A program made the translations under genes and the position numbers. From assembly GCA_951406725.2 (NCBI GenBank), contig OX597816.1, positions 61,380,001 through 61,444,000 of the forward strand: DNA of 64,000 bases. Reading direction: 5' to 3'. The stretch comes from Octopus vulgaris. Its lineage: Eukaryota. Positions 1 through 12,549 of this stretch are shown in pieces (positions within the stretch are counted from its first letter, which is position 1; each line of letters starts with the position of its first letter). The notes under the pieces were generated by a model. That model made no database searches, was not told the DNA's origin, and was given only the letters and a program-made list of their open reading frames with translations.

Positions 1-465
1 ATTTCCGATTGCGAACAAGATAGGTGTTTTGAATTGCTATTTTCAACTCTTTACTGACCATTCATAATTTTATCAAATTTCTCTGTCTATCTTTGACCAT
101 TCATAATTTTATCAAATTTCTCTATCTGTCTATCTTATCTAATCTTATTCATTTCATATCATTTCTCCTCGTATTAATCAACATTCGTATCTTCGCGCCA
201 TCTTGAAGCCTTTTCTCTCTAATTCACATGTACTATCTCTCTCTCTCTCTCTCATCTACAAGCTGTGAATTTCTGATTGCGAACAAGATAGGTGTTTTGA
301 ATTGCTATTTTCAACTCTTTACTGACCATTCATAATTTTATCAAATTTCTCTGTCTATCTTTGACCATTCATAATTTTATCAAATTTCTCTATCTGTCTA
401 TCTTATCTAATCTTATTCATTTCATATCATTTCTCCTCGTATTAATCAACATTTGTATCTTCGCG
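1..465. repeat. Tandem duplication (period 268 bp, ~197 bp shared) with a nested 39-bp duplication
   Basis: atttccgattgcgaacaagatagg at 1 recurs at 269 and matches through gtatcttcgcg; tgaccattcataattttatcaaatttctct is doubled inside each copy. Probably lies in the 3' UTR of an RTE LINE that ends at 957. Confidence 0.85.
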
Positions 466-699
466 GTGCACCCGCCCTACCCACCCCCACCACCAATACT
501 GGATATCTATATTTTTGCTCCATCTATACCGGATGTCGCTTCTCCCACCACCATTATAGGTGTCTACTCTTCGAACCCCCCTCTTCAATACGCTATTTCA
601 CCATGCATTACCCCTCTCTCGATATCCTACGTTCTACTTGCCTAGAACCTGTCATTTCTCTGAACCACCCCTCCCCACTGGTGCTTCCCTATATTTCTG

Positions 700-953
700 C
701 ACCCCCCCACATAAAAAGCACCATCCGAACGTGGCCGATGCCAGACCCGTCTGGCACCTGTGCAGGTGGCATGTAAAAAACACCCACTACACTCGCGGAG
801 TGGTTGGCGTTAGGAAGGGCATCCAGCTGTAGAAACACTGCCAGACTAGACTGGAGCCTGGGGCAGTCCCGAGCTCCCCAGACCCCGGTCGAAACCGTCC
901 AACCCGTGCTAGCGCGGAAAACGGACGTTAAACGATGATGATGATGATGATGA

Positions 954-957
<4 letters not shown>
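700..957 (+). mobile_element. RTE LINE 3' tail / RTE-derived SINE (family C)
   Basis: aaaagcacc...gagtggttggcgttaggaagggcatccagctgtagaaac...ggacgttaaacgatgatgatg; same sequence as the 3' end of the RTE at 4714-6193; (GAT)n tail followed by (TA)n. Confidence 0.85.
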
Positions 958-1000
<43 letters not shown>

Positions 1001-1396
1001 GTCTGAGTATTTCTTTTACTGATGTATATTGGTGAAAGTTGAAAAAAAATGGCATAGTTTATAAAATAAAAAGTACTGTCTACTTGAATTTTACAGACAC
1101 ACCTTAGTCACTCTGTCCATTGTAAATACAATAAATGACTCACTGGAAACCTATAAAAGCAGTGATATTATTGTTTACAAACTGTATAATTTATAAAAGA
1201 AAATATAAAAGTAAGATCTCAAAATAAAGGAAGATGACTGTTGTTGTCTTCCCATCATGAAAAGATTGTGAATCAGTATTTATACGTGTACCCACAATTA
1301 GTTTTTTTTCCCCCCCCCCATTTTAAATTCTGTTATAATCATAATCTACACCACCCGAGAGGTATTTTTTACTTTCTTGTTTCAGCCAAGCGGCTA

Positions 1397-1757
1397 CATC
1401 ATCATCATCGTTTAATGTCCGCTTTCCATGCTAGCATGGGTTGGATGATTTGACTGAGGGCCGGCGAATCAGATGGCTGCACCAGGCTCCAGTCTTGATC
1501 TGGCAGAGTTTCTACAGCTGGATGCCCTTCCTAACACCAACCACTCCGAGAGTGCAGTGAGTACTTTTATGTGCCACCAGCACGGGGGCCAGTCAGGCGG
1601 TACTGGCAACGACCTTGCTCGAATCTTTTTACACATGCCAATGGCACAGGTGCCAGTAAGGCAATGCTGGTAATGATCTCGCTCGAATGGTGCCTTTTAC
1701 ATGCCACCAGTACGGAAGCCAGTTAGCCGCTCTGGCGATGATCACGCTCGGATGGTG
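1397..1757 (-). mobile_element. RTE 3' tail (family C)
   Basis: catcatcatcgtttaatgtccgctttccatgctagcatgggttgg...ctacagctggatgcccttcc, the reverse complement of the family C tail. Confidence 0.85.
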
Positions 1758-1957
1758 TAGAAAGTTTCAGTAAAAAAATAATCGTTTTTTTGATAGTTAC
1801 GAGGAAACAGTTGATTTTAGTGAATTATCCTAAACTCCTTTACTGCCCCTCCAAAACATTTTTCACAACAAATTCTAATATAACCAGAAACTACATTATC
1901 TGAAAAGTATATCTAGAAAATGTCATAACTGATTACAAATTTTGTTCTTATTTACAG

Positions 1958-2068
1958 ATTAAATATACACAAGGTGGTCCTGAAAACCTTGAAATAGCTA
2001 GAGCCTATTTCAGTGAAGCTGCAAAACTAAATCCACACAATCTGCGCAGTTTATTTGGATTGTTAATG
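1958..2068 (+). CDS. EMC2: ER membrane protein complex subunit 2 (TTC35), internal coding exon
   Basis: tttacAG acceptor and GTaaat donor; 111 nt, phase 0; IKYTQGGPENLEIARAYFSEAAKLNPHNLRSLFGLLM aligns with recalled human EMC2 [37 protein letters not shown]. Confidence 0.93.
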
Positions 2069-2080
2069 GTAAATAGATAT

Positions 2081-2488
2081 ACTCTTTTACTCTCTCTCTT
2101 TTACTCTTTTACTTGTTTCAGTCATTTGACTGTGGCTATGCTGGAGCACTGCCTTTAGTCGAGCAAATCAACCCCAGGACTTATTCTTTGTAAGTCTAGT
2201 ACTTATTTTAGCGGTTTCTTTTGCCGAACTGCTAAGTTACGGGGACGTAAACATCAGCATCGGTTGTCAAGCGATGTTGGGGGGACAAACACAGCCACAC
2301 AAACACACACACACACACACACACACATATACGATGGGCTTCTTTCAGTGTCCATCTACCAAATCCACTCACAAGGCTTTGGTCGGCCCGAGGCTATAGT
2401 AGAAGACACTTGCCCAAGGTGCCACGCAGTGGGACTGAACCCTGAACCATGTGGTTAGTTAGCAAGCTACTTACCACACAGCCACTCC
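2081..2488 (-). mobile_element. tRNA-derived SINE, family A (CORE-like ccttgggcaag motif, internal TA/CA tract, (AAAGAGT)n tail)
   Basis: Full-length match to the many other family A copies in the window; begins 12 bp after the EMC2 donor site. Confidence 0.9.
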
Positions 2489-2772
2489 TATATATTTTTT
2501 GTACTTTTGCATTTCAATTAATTCAAAACTATCTGTATTAGGTGTATGTCTTTTAGATGTGAATCATGATAAAGTGGAGAACCTACTTGTGATAAAATAA
2601 AGTACCAGCGAAATACTGGGGTTGATGTGACAGGTTGTACTCTCCCTCAAGATTTGTGACGGTGTACTTAGGTTAGAAGCCATCATTATCATCATCTTCA
2701 TCCCACCCCACTTCATTATTATTTACATACCCATCGTCACTGTTTCTCCAGATATTACTAGAACATTTGTGT

Positions 2773-3093
2773 GAAGGCTCATGGCTAAGTGGTTAGAGCG
2801 TCGAGCTTACGATCGTCAGGTTGTGAGTTCGATTCCCAGACTGGGCTGCATGTTGTGTTCTTGAGCAAGACACTTTATTTCACATTGCTCCAGTTAGCTC
2901 AGCTAACATCACTGGTGCCAAGCTGTATCGGCCCCTTTGTCTTTCCCTTGGATAACATTGATGGTGTGGACAGGGGAGGCCTGTATGCATGGTCGACTGC
3001 TGGTCTTCCATAGACAACCTTGCCTGGACTTGTGCCTGGGAGGGTAACTTTCTAGGTGCAATTCCATGGTCATTCATGACCGAAGGGGATCTC
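2773..3093 (+). mobile_element. tRNA-derived SINE, family D
   Basis: A box tggctaagtggtt and B box gttcgattccc, then gtgttcttgagcaagacac; homologous to 16061-16392 and 63771-64000. Confidence 0.85.
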
Positions 3094-3984
3094 CCACTGG
3101 GACATTTGTAAACTTTGTGGATGTATGTTTCAGAAATTTGTTTCAAGGTAGCATTCTTGTTGGTTTTTACCTGGGAAGCTTAGGTTTAAGTCTTGATAAA
3201 AGAACTTTATCATTCAGTCAGATTTGAGAATAAGACTTGGCATTAACTAATCGATTGACTGTATTCAGTTAGGAAACTTTTCAGCTTATATAAACTTCTT
3301 ACCTACATCTTGCTCTCTCCTTTTCTTTCCCTCCCTCTTGATGTATGTCTTTCTTCTCTGAAGATAAAATTTAAACTGGAGCAATGCTACTACTTCCTCA
3401 CAATTATAACTGTTCCTGTTCTAAACCCATAGAATGAATAATCTGTACACAATACTCGAACCTAGACAAAAGAAAAATCCTGATAAATTCTAGTGCTTCT
3501 ACTATTTACTACAACCTTTCCATTATTTTTAAGGGTTTCAGTTATTAGCTGTGCTGGAGCACCATAGTATATTCTAATCGATTACAACAACCACTATCTA
3601 CCTCTTTGAACAATTTTTAATACTGATAGGCAAAGTGGACTTGGCTAGAATTAAAGCTCAGAATGTAAAAAGGACGTAATGAAAATTTCGTTTGATGCTT
3701 TACCGATTCTGGCATTCACTTGTGGTATTTACTTACAACTATATTGTTTGAGTTATTGGGCCAGTAAGAAAACACGTATTGCCGATGCTTTTGTTAATTA
3801 AGTTAATCATTTAAGTTATTGATTCGACTATTAGTATCATAATAAATTGAATTCTGAAACAGTACTACAGGGAAATAACTCTCTGACCATAGGCTTGAGG
3901 TTTTATCTTTCTTGGATGCAATTTCATTAAAATTCATTATTAAATATTAAACTGTAACTTGACATCACAATCAACAATTTTTTG

Positions 3985-4300
3985 AGTCAGGTACATCAAA
4001 ACCAAAATCAAATGGAAATTGTAGTTGCGATCCTCGTGCCGGTGGCACGTAAAAAGCATCATCCAATTGTGGCCGTTGCCAGCCCCCTCTTGCCCCCATG
4101 CTGGGGACATGTAAAAAGCACCCATGCTGGGGGCATGTAAAAAGCACCCACTACACTCTCAGTGGTTGGTGTTAGGGAAGGCATCTAGCTGTAGAAACAC
4201 TGCCAGATCAGACTGGAGCTTGGGGCAGCCTCCTGGCTTCTCAGACCCCAGTCGAACCATCCAACCCATGCTAGCATGGAAAATGGATGTTAATGATGAA
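3985..4300 (+). mobile_element. RTE 3' tail (family C)
   Basis: gtgccggtggcacgtaaaaagc...ctagcatggaaaatggatgttaatgatga. Confidence 0.8.
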
Positions 4301-4303
4301 GTG

Positions 4304-4339
<36 letters not shown>

Positions 4340-4713
4340 TATATATATTATTTTCACCATGTAAAGGTTGATAGTGACTTCAAAGTATCAGCTTATTAAC
4401 TGTCATATATATATGTTACATACCTGAAGCAGGCATGTCTGTGCAGTTAAGAAGTTTGCCTCTCAGTCACATGATTTCAGGTTCAGTCCCATTGCATAGC
4501 ATCTTGGGCAAGTGTTTTCTGTACTGCAAAACAACCAAAGTGTTGTGTGTGAATTTGGTAGGAAGTAACTGAAAGAAAGCCCATCGAGTGTGTGTGTGTG
4601 TGGGGGGGGGGGTATATGGGTATGTGTATATATGTGTGGATATAAGTGTGTGTGTATGTGTCTGTTTATATATATGATTATATGAAATTCATAATGTGCT
4701 GTGCAGTGTTTGT

Positions 4714-6193
4714 ATCATCATCATCATCATCGTTTAACGTCCGCTTTCCATGCTAGCATGGGTTGGACGGTTCAACTGGGGTCTGCACCAGGCCAGTCAG
4801 ATCTGGCAGTGTTTCTACAGCTGGATGCTCTTCCTAACGCCAACCACTCCGTGAGTGTAGTGGGTGCTTTTTACGTGCCACCAACACAGGTGTCAGACGA
4901 GGCTGGTGAATGGCCACGGTTGGATGGTGCTTTTTATGTGCCACCGGCACGGAGGCCAGGCGAGGCTGGCAATGGCCACGATCGGATGGTGTTTGTTACG
5001 TGCCACTGACACGGAGGCCAGTCGATGCGGCACAGGCTACGGCCACGTTCAGATGGTTCTCTTCCGTGTCACCGGCACTGGTATCACAACTACAAATTTC
5101 ATTGATGTTGATCGATTTCGATTTTGATTTTCACTTGCCTCAACAGGTCTTCACAAGTAGAGTTATGTGTCCCAAGAAGGAAGGTATGCACAGGTGGACT
5201 GACTACATCTCAGGTAGAGGCCACGGGTTATGGCCTCACTTGTCCTGCCGGGTCTTCTCACGCACAGCATACTTCCAAAGGTCTCGGTCTCTGGTCATTT
5301 CCTCGGTGAGACCTAAAGAGCGAAGGTCATGCTTCACCACCTCGTCCCAGGTTTTCCTGGGTCTATCTCTTCCACAGGTTCCCTCAACTGCTAGGGTGTG
5401 GCACTTTTTCACACAACTATCTTCATCCATTCTCACCACGTGTCCATACCAGCGTAGACGTCTTTCTTGCACACCACATCTGATGCTTCTTAGGTCCAGC
5501 TTTATGCAAGCTTACGCATATCCTCAGCAGTCACGGCCCATGTTTCACTGCCATGTAGCATGGCTGTTCGTACACATGCATCATACAGTCTGCCTTTTAC
5601 TCTGAGCAAGAGGCTTTTGTCACCAGCAGAGGTAAGAGCTCTCTGAACTTTGCCCAGGCTATTCTTACTCTAGCAGTTACACTTTCAGCACACCCGCCCC
5701 CGCTACTGACTTGGTCACCTAGGTAACGGAAACTATCAACTATTTCTAGTTTTTCTTTCTGGAACGTGGCAGAAGATGGTCTCTGCACATTTTCAGTGTT
5801 TATTGCTCCAGAGCATCTGCCACATACAAAAACTATCTTCCTAGTTAGCCTTCCTTTGACATTGCTGCACCTCTTATGTGTCCATAGCTTACACTTGGTG
5901 CATCTTATAGAGTTCCTACCTACACCTTTTCTACAGATCGAGCAGGGCCATCTACCTGAAGGCGTTTGTGATTTGTCTACCTTTCTACTTATTAGGACTT
6001 TGGTTTTAGCTAGGTTGATACTAAGGCCCTTCGTTTCTAATTCTTGCTTCCACGTCTGAAACCTCTCCTCCAGTTCTGATAGTGACTCAGCAATTAGAGC
6101 AAGGTCATCAGCATAGAGGAGCTCCCAGGGGCATCCTGTCTTGAATTCCTCTGTTATTGCTATGATACATAGGAGGGGGCTGAGGACTGAGCC
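4714..6193 (-). mobile_element. 5'-truncated RTE-clade LINE (RT C-terminal half plus 3' UTR), decayed
   Basis: Minus strand reads GSVLSPLL..EFKTGCPWELLYADDLAL, FRYLG, RRLRWYGHVVRM, GRDRPRKTW; frameshifts and deletions; (GAT)n tail at 4714. Confidence 0.92.
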
Positions 6194-6469
6194 GTGAAGA
6201 CATATATGATATAAGGGTAATATGATATAAAGGTAATACTATGTATGTATAAATGGACATATATGACTACTTTCACGCCCTTCTGACCTCTCTTTTTACT
6301 GGGTCTTAATCTGGATGCTGTATGGGAGGGAGCAAAAAATTATACTTCATTGAATCAAATTCACAATGCACACTGCACTACCTAGCAAATGTATACTCAG
6401 ATCTTTGCAAACACTAAGAAAAGCCCCTCAGTGACTACTTCCTGTTGTTCCCTCAAGTATGCAATTTTA

Positions 6470-9400
6470 GGGCCGCAAACATCAATGGTGGCACAATGAA
6501 GGGGAGATCTGTTGAGATTGTTGAAATGATGGAGTGTCATCATATCGATATGTGTGGTGTGCAAGAAGTGAGATGGAAAGGAGCTTCGTCTAGATTCCTC
6601 ACAGGTAAGAAACAGGTTTAAATTCTTTTGGGTAGGCAGGAGTGATGGAGTGGGTGGTGTAGGCATACTCTTAGCAGAAAAATGGGTAGGTAAGGTAATT
6701 GAAGTAGTGAGAATGTGTTAGGGTTATTAAGTTGAGAATTATCATAGATAGATTAATAATTACACATATCTCTGCCTATGTTCCACAGGCTGGATTGGCT
6801 GATGATTTGAATGAGGTCCTTTTACAGACTACCTCAACGGCAAATGACAGAGACTTCATTATTCTGGCTGGCAACTTTAATGGACATGTTGGGCAGCATT
6901 CCCATGGATTCCATGGTGTGCATGGTGGTTGTGGCTTTGGCACCAGGAATGAAGAAGGTACAAGGATACTTGAATTTTGTGATGCAAATGATCTTATGAT
7001 CTGTAACACTAACTTTAGAAAGCCAGCTAGCCACCTAATTATTTATTAGTCTGGTGGGAATATAAGCCAGGTTGATTACTTCCTCACCAGGCAAGGAGAC
7101 AGGCAAATGCTCACAAATGCAAAGTCTTTCCTAGGTGAAGAGTGTGTAATTTCAGAATTAAGGCTAGACATAAACCACGCTGGAAAAGGAGATTATGGAA
7201 GCTTGAAGACCCAGCAAACTAACAAAAATTTAGACATTCTACTGAAGGCCTCTGATGATAGAGGAGGAGGAAGAAGGGACATTTAGATTGGAGGACAACT
7301 GGAAGTTCCTGCGGAACAATTAACTGGGTGCTGATGACCAAATCTGTGGTTGGTGCAAAGTCCCAGCCAGGCTAAGGGTGACTTGGTGGTAGAACAAGGA
7401 GATGAACAGTGCCATTAAATCAAAAAGATAGGTCTGAAAAGACTGGAAAAATGGTGGAAGCAAAGCATTATATCAGGGAGCTGGAAGGAAAGCTAGCTGA
7501 CAGGTTTATATAACAAAAAGAATAGCAGAAGGTAAGAAGTTTGCCACTGTTATGCAGCACGAGGGTGAGAGGCATGAGGTGTTGAGGATTGCAAAGCAGT
7601 GTATCAGAGAGAATAGAGATGTGATAGATGAGAGGTGTGTGTGTGAATGGATAATGGTATGGTTGCACTTAGTGACTCAGAGAAGAAAGATGTGTGGAGA
7701 TGCCATTATGAAAGGCCATTAAATGTGGAGAATGATTGGGAGAAGGAGTGTCTTTCAAGTATTGAATTAATTGAGGGACCAGCCATCAGAGTGGATAGCA
7801 GTATAATAAATATGGCAATTAAGAAAATGAAGACGAGGAAAACCCCTGGACCATTGGGTTTTCCTAGTCACTGCTGAGATGATTAAAATATCAGGTAGTG
7901 TGTGATACAGCCTAGTCTCTCACACAGTTAATCAGTGATGCTGTTAGTAAGGTGAGAGTTGGCCTTGAATACAGTAATGAATTTAATGTACAAGTTGGAG
8001 TACACCAAGGATCAGTTCTTAGTCCACTCTTATTTATCATAGTTCTCCTGGCTATAGCAAATGAATTCAAAACTGGATGCCCACGGGAACTACTATATGC
8101 TGATGATCTTGCTCTTATTGCAGAATGTGAAGCAGAATTGGAGAAGTTCCAGGTTTGGAGGCAAAACCTGGAATCTTAAAGTTAACTTAGCTAAGATTAA
8201 AGTTGTTGTTAGCGAGAAAGGTGGTAAGACTCTCATTCCGGCTGGCAAATAGCCTGGCAAACAGCATGTAGGAAAGGAGTGGGATGTAATTCCATTCGCT
8301 GCACCAAGTGTAACCTATGGATGCATAAGAGATGCAGTGGAATCATGGGACGATTATCAGATAAGGTCGCTTTCGTGTGTGGCAGATGTGCAGGAACAGT
8401 GGACTTAAACTATCTCAAATGCCCAGGAAGTTCTCGTAGATAGTTTCTGCTATTTAGGTGACCAAATTAGTAATGGTGGTGGATGCTCTGGAATAAGAAA
8501 AGGGTGGAGGAAGTTCAGAGAACTACTACCTTTGTTGGCAGCAAATGGACTCTCTCTCAGAGTGAAAGATAGGTTGTATGATGCTTATGTGAGAACAGCT
8601 ATGTTGTACAGTAGTGAGGCATGGGCTCTGACTGCGGAGGACTGGAGATGAATGAAGGTAATATGCTCCATTGGATTTGCAACATCAGTGTGCATGACCG
8701 ACAAAGCACCACTGTGTTGAGAGAAAAGTTAAGCATAAGAGGGATTAAATGTGGTATGCAAGAGAGAAGACTCTTTTCACCCACTCTTCCTTAAGAAATC
8801 AAACTACAATTCCTCTTCTAATTGCATCTTTCTCTTCCTCACATTCCCTCTTCATAAATTATGATTGTTTCCCAATCTCCTTTCCTGCCCTCACTGACAT
8901 GCTCACTATATCACTGCTCCCCTCCATCCCACGACCACCCACACCCTATTTTTCTAACCAGGTTCTATGCTCATATTCTTGTTACTCGTGGGTATACCCT
9001 AGCACTACACCATCTCTCTTACACTTTTGCTGTTTCCTACTCTCTCTCTTTCCCTTTGGTCACTCTCTCCTTCTCTTGTTTTTCCTCTGACTAGGTAACC
9101 AAGTATCACCTTTATATCAGCACACTTGTTTCTGGCCTCTTTCTGTACCTCTCTCTCACTTTCTATTCCCCCCCTCTCTCTATATATAGCAAGATACCTA
9201 TTTCTGCCTCTCTGTTTCTCTGTTACACTCTAACCTTTCATCATTTGATACTGGATCACCTCCTCTAATTCCCCCTCTGTTGTGGCAAGACACCTGCTTC
9301 TGTCTCTTTCCCTTTGTCACACTCTAACTTTTATCCTCTGACACAAATGCCCTACCCCTCTCATAATTCCTTGTCTTGTTAGTTACTTAGTTACCCTGCC

Positions 9401-9693
9401 AGTGCTGGTGTCATGTTAAAAGCACCCAGTCCACACAAATGTGGTTGGCATCTGGAAGGGCATCAAACTGTAAAAATCCTGCCAAAACTAACTTCGCCTG
9501 TGCTAGTGCCATGTGAAAAGCACTGAGTCTACCCTGCAGAGTGGTTGGTGTTAGGAAAGGCATCCAGTTGTAAAAACCCTGCCAAAACAGACACAGTAAC
9601 CTTGGGTAGATTTTCTACCTGGTTGGTTCCTGTCAACTGTCCTACCCATGCATGCATGGAAGATGGATGTTAAATGATGCTGTCGATGATGAT
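6470..9693 (+). mobile_element. Near-full-length decayed RTE-clade LINE (APE endonuclease, RT and long 3' UTR)
   Basis: EN motifs VQEVRWK, SAYVPQ, GNFNGHVG, NEEG, QVDY; RT motifs GVHQGSVLSPLLF and LLYADD (7952-8179); many stops, internal deletion near 7935; family C tail at 9380-9693. Confidence 0.9.
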
Positions 9694-9855
9694 ATAGTAG
9701 AATAATAAAAAGAAAGTTCTTGGTACAGTATAATATACTTGTAAAAATGAATAGAGATGGCTTTTTAGGGGATAATTTTTACTTTAATAATAATGTTTAC
9801 AGTGAGTGACTCTGGTATGAGTTTCAAACTGAAAAATGTAATGTTTTACTCATCA

Positions 9856-10110
9856 AATCATCATCATTATCGTTTAATGTCCGTTTTCCATGATGGCATG
9901 GGTTGGACAGTTCGACTGGGGTCTGGGAAGCCAGGAGGCTGCACCATGCTCCAATCTGATCTGGCAGTGTTTCTACAGCTGGATGCCCTTCCTAACGCCA
10001 ACCACTCTGAGAGAGTAGTGGGTGCTTTTTACATGCCACCTGCACAGGGGCCAGGGTAGTGGCGGCTGGCAATAGCCATGATCGGTTGGTGCTTTTTGCG
10101 TGCTACTGGC
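9856..10110 (-). mobile_element. RTE 3' tail (family C)
   Basis: catcatcattatcgtttaatgtccgttttccatg...ctacagctggatgcccttcctaacgccaaccac. Confidence 0.85.
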
Positions 10111-10508
10111 ACAGAAAACACAATCTTTCAGGATGATAATGCACCAATTCACACAACTAAAGTTGTTACTGATTGGCATGAGGAACATTCTAGTGAAGTT
10201 GAACATCTTATCGGGCCATCACACTTCCCAGATCTCAATATTATTGAATATCTATGGTGCATTTTAGAAAAACAGTTAAGGAGTCGATATCTTCCACCAT
10301 TATCACTACAAGAACTGGAGACTGTTTTTTGCTGGAGACTGTTTTTTGCTGAAGAATGGATAAAAATTCCTTTGGAAACAATTCAAACTTTGTACAAGCC
10401 CATACCTTGTAGAATTCAAGCTGTAATTACTGCCAATGGCAGTCCTACCCTTATTAAAATGAATTTGTTTGAAATTTTAAGATGTTTCCATTATTTTGTC
10501 AAACCCCT
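10111..10508 (+). mobile_element. Tc1-family transposon 3' fragment (catalytic region plus probable right TIR)
   Basis: FQDDNAPIH...FPDLNIIEYLW, then CRIQAVITANGSPT; ends ccattattttgtcaaacccct before a TA-rich tract. Confidence 0.85.
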
Positions 10509-10521
10509 TTTTATATATGTG

Positions 10522-10565
<44 letters not shown>

Positions 10566-10704
10566 CATACACACATGGCATGTTTCAGTCTTTCTACTAC
10601 CCATCCTGTGTTGTTATCGAGGTAAATTGTATTTTCACCTAGTATGGATGGTAATTTAGTATTGAAGTAACTTAATTTGTTTTCCATCATTTATCTTTTT
10701 ACAG

Positions 10705-10809
10705 ACTGCAAGTGGTTTAGCTGTTTATCATTCAAAGAATTCCAAAGAAAGACAAGCTAACACAAAATATGCTATGTGGGCTGCCGAGCAGATCAATGAA
10801 ATCTATGGA
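10705..10809 (+). CDS. EMC2: EMC2 penultimate coding exon
   Basis: tttttacAG acceptor and GTAAGT donor; 105 nt, phase 0; TASGLAVYHSKNSKERQANTKYAMWAAEQINEIYG versus recalled human [35 protein letters not shown]. Confidence 0.92.
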
Positions 10810-10892
10810 GTAAGTGTTTTTTGCTATCTTTTCAAAAATATTTCCCTTTTGTTGTTCCAATTTCTTGTTGGCTAATAACAGCATCGTTGGTA

Positions 10893-11270
10893 AGGCACAG
10901 GTGTAGATGTGTTAAGAAGTTTGTTTCCCAACCACATGGTTTTGGGTTCAGTTCCCCTGTGTAGCACCTTGGGCAGGTGTTTTCAACCATAGCCCCAGGC
11001 CAACAAAAGATTTGGTTGATAGAAACTGAAAGAAGCCCATTGTGTGTTACTGTCTTCTTGCCTTGATATTGCAAAATAGTTGTAAATGAGTCCCCACCAT
11101 GCAAGCATTGTCCTTAATTTCGCCTCGTCTGAGACATGTCTGCTTATTGGAAGATATTACTTTACTTGGAAACAAGTGAGTGTTGGTGACAGGAAAAGCA
11201 TCTTCCATAGAAAATCGGCATCTCCTAATTCCATCTGATCCATGCTCGCATGGAAAAGTGGATGTTAAAT
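10893..11270 (+). mobile_element. Degenerate SINE A head followed by a diverged family C-like tail
   Basis: caaccacatggttttgggttcagttcccctgtgtagcaccttgggcagg...gaaactgaaagaagccc, then catggaaaagtggatgttaaatgat. Confidence 0.6.
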
Positions 11271-11413
11271 GATCATTACAAACATTGTTGAGAAAAAATT
11301 CAGCTAAGTTTTGGACACAATTTGAAAGCTTGAATATCAAAATTTTAATATACCCATGTATCAATCCATTATCTCTAATGATAACGAGGGTCATTATTTT
11401 TCTCTCTTTTCAG

Positions 11414-11506
11414 AATGAATTGACGAAAAGCCAAATATCTAATATGAAAATCACAGAAACTATAGAGAAATTGTTAGGAGAAATCTCAGCGAAGACAACA
11501 AACTGA
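11414..11506 (+). CDS. EMC2: EMC2 terminal coding exon
   Basis: Long pyrimidine tract then cAG at 11411-11413; NELTKSQISNMKITETIEKLLGEISAKTTN then TGA; phase and length fit the EMC2 C-terminal helix (human ...KAVEDMLETLQITQS), although identity is low. Confidence 0.8.
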   Translation, partial: NELTKSQISNMKITETIEKLLGEISAKTTN

Positions 11507-12094
11507 TATTATCAACGTTTTTCTAGAAACTCACAATTGTTTGTGTCTGTGTGTATCTATCTACCCATCTATATCTAATTATCTATCTACCTACCTGTCT
11601 ATATGTGTGCGTGAGTGTGTGAGAGAGAAGAGAGAGAGATAGGAAGATTTACTGACATGCGGTGTCTGATGCTAGTGGCCTGTTTGCTGGATACTACCCT
11701 CACCCAGATTTATATTACGAGTATGGTTGGTTTTGTAAGGTTGTGTGACTGATATTATGATTATATTATGATTATTATTCCTAACCACTTGTGTGTGAGC
11801 ATGATGGAATTGGCAGCTGCAGCAGCACTAACTGTTGGACAACACTATTATGTATGGCTACTATGGTAGTCAACTTGGACTGTTCATAATTGAAATGTGC
11901 TCTTTCAATACTGTAAGAGTCTCTTTGTTATCCCTATTAACTCATTAGTAATGAATTTACATAAATATTCTCTACACCCTTCAGACGTTTTTGACAGTTT
12001 TTTTATATTTATTCCAGAGAATTGTATCAAATTTATGTGGCACCGACTAGGGAACAAAAAATTTGGCTCAAGAATGAGAGTAACTAATTTATAT

Positions 12095-12330
12095 ATGTAA
12101 AAAGCACCAACCGATCGTGGTTGTTTGCCAGCCTCCTCTGGCACCTGTGCCAGTGGCACGTAAAAAGCACCCACTACACTCACGGAGTGGTTGGCGTTAG
12201 GAAGGGCATCCAGCTGTAGAAACACTGCCAGATCAGACTGGGCCTGGTGCAGCCTCCTGGCTTCCCAGACCCCGGTTGAACCGTCCAACCCATGCTAGCA
12301 CGGAAAGCGGACGTTAAACGATGATGATGT
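12095..12330 (+). mobile_element. RTE 3' tail (family C)
   Basis: aaaaagcacc...cggaaagcggacgttaaacgatgatgatg. Confidence 0.85.
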
Positions 12331-12549
12331 ATATATTATTCCAAGGAGTGACAACTTCAAAAAGATAGTTATGTCTGGCTACTTAAAATATAGTACCCAA
12401 AGATAAATATGAGAGTGGAAAAATATTTGATCCATAGTCATTAGTCTGACAAAATATATATTCCGTTTTGCCTATGGCTCATCAAGAACTAAGCTAAGTT
12501 CCCAAGGAGCTATAGGCAAAAGAGAATCTATATTTTGTCAGATTAATGA

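Noticed and set aside
2773-2845. tRNA gene (also 53242, 60276 and 63771)
   Set aside because: A and B boxes run straight into SINE bodies; no complete cloverleaf or acceptor stem
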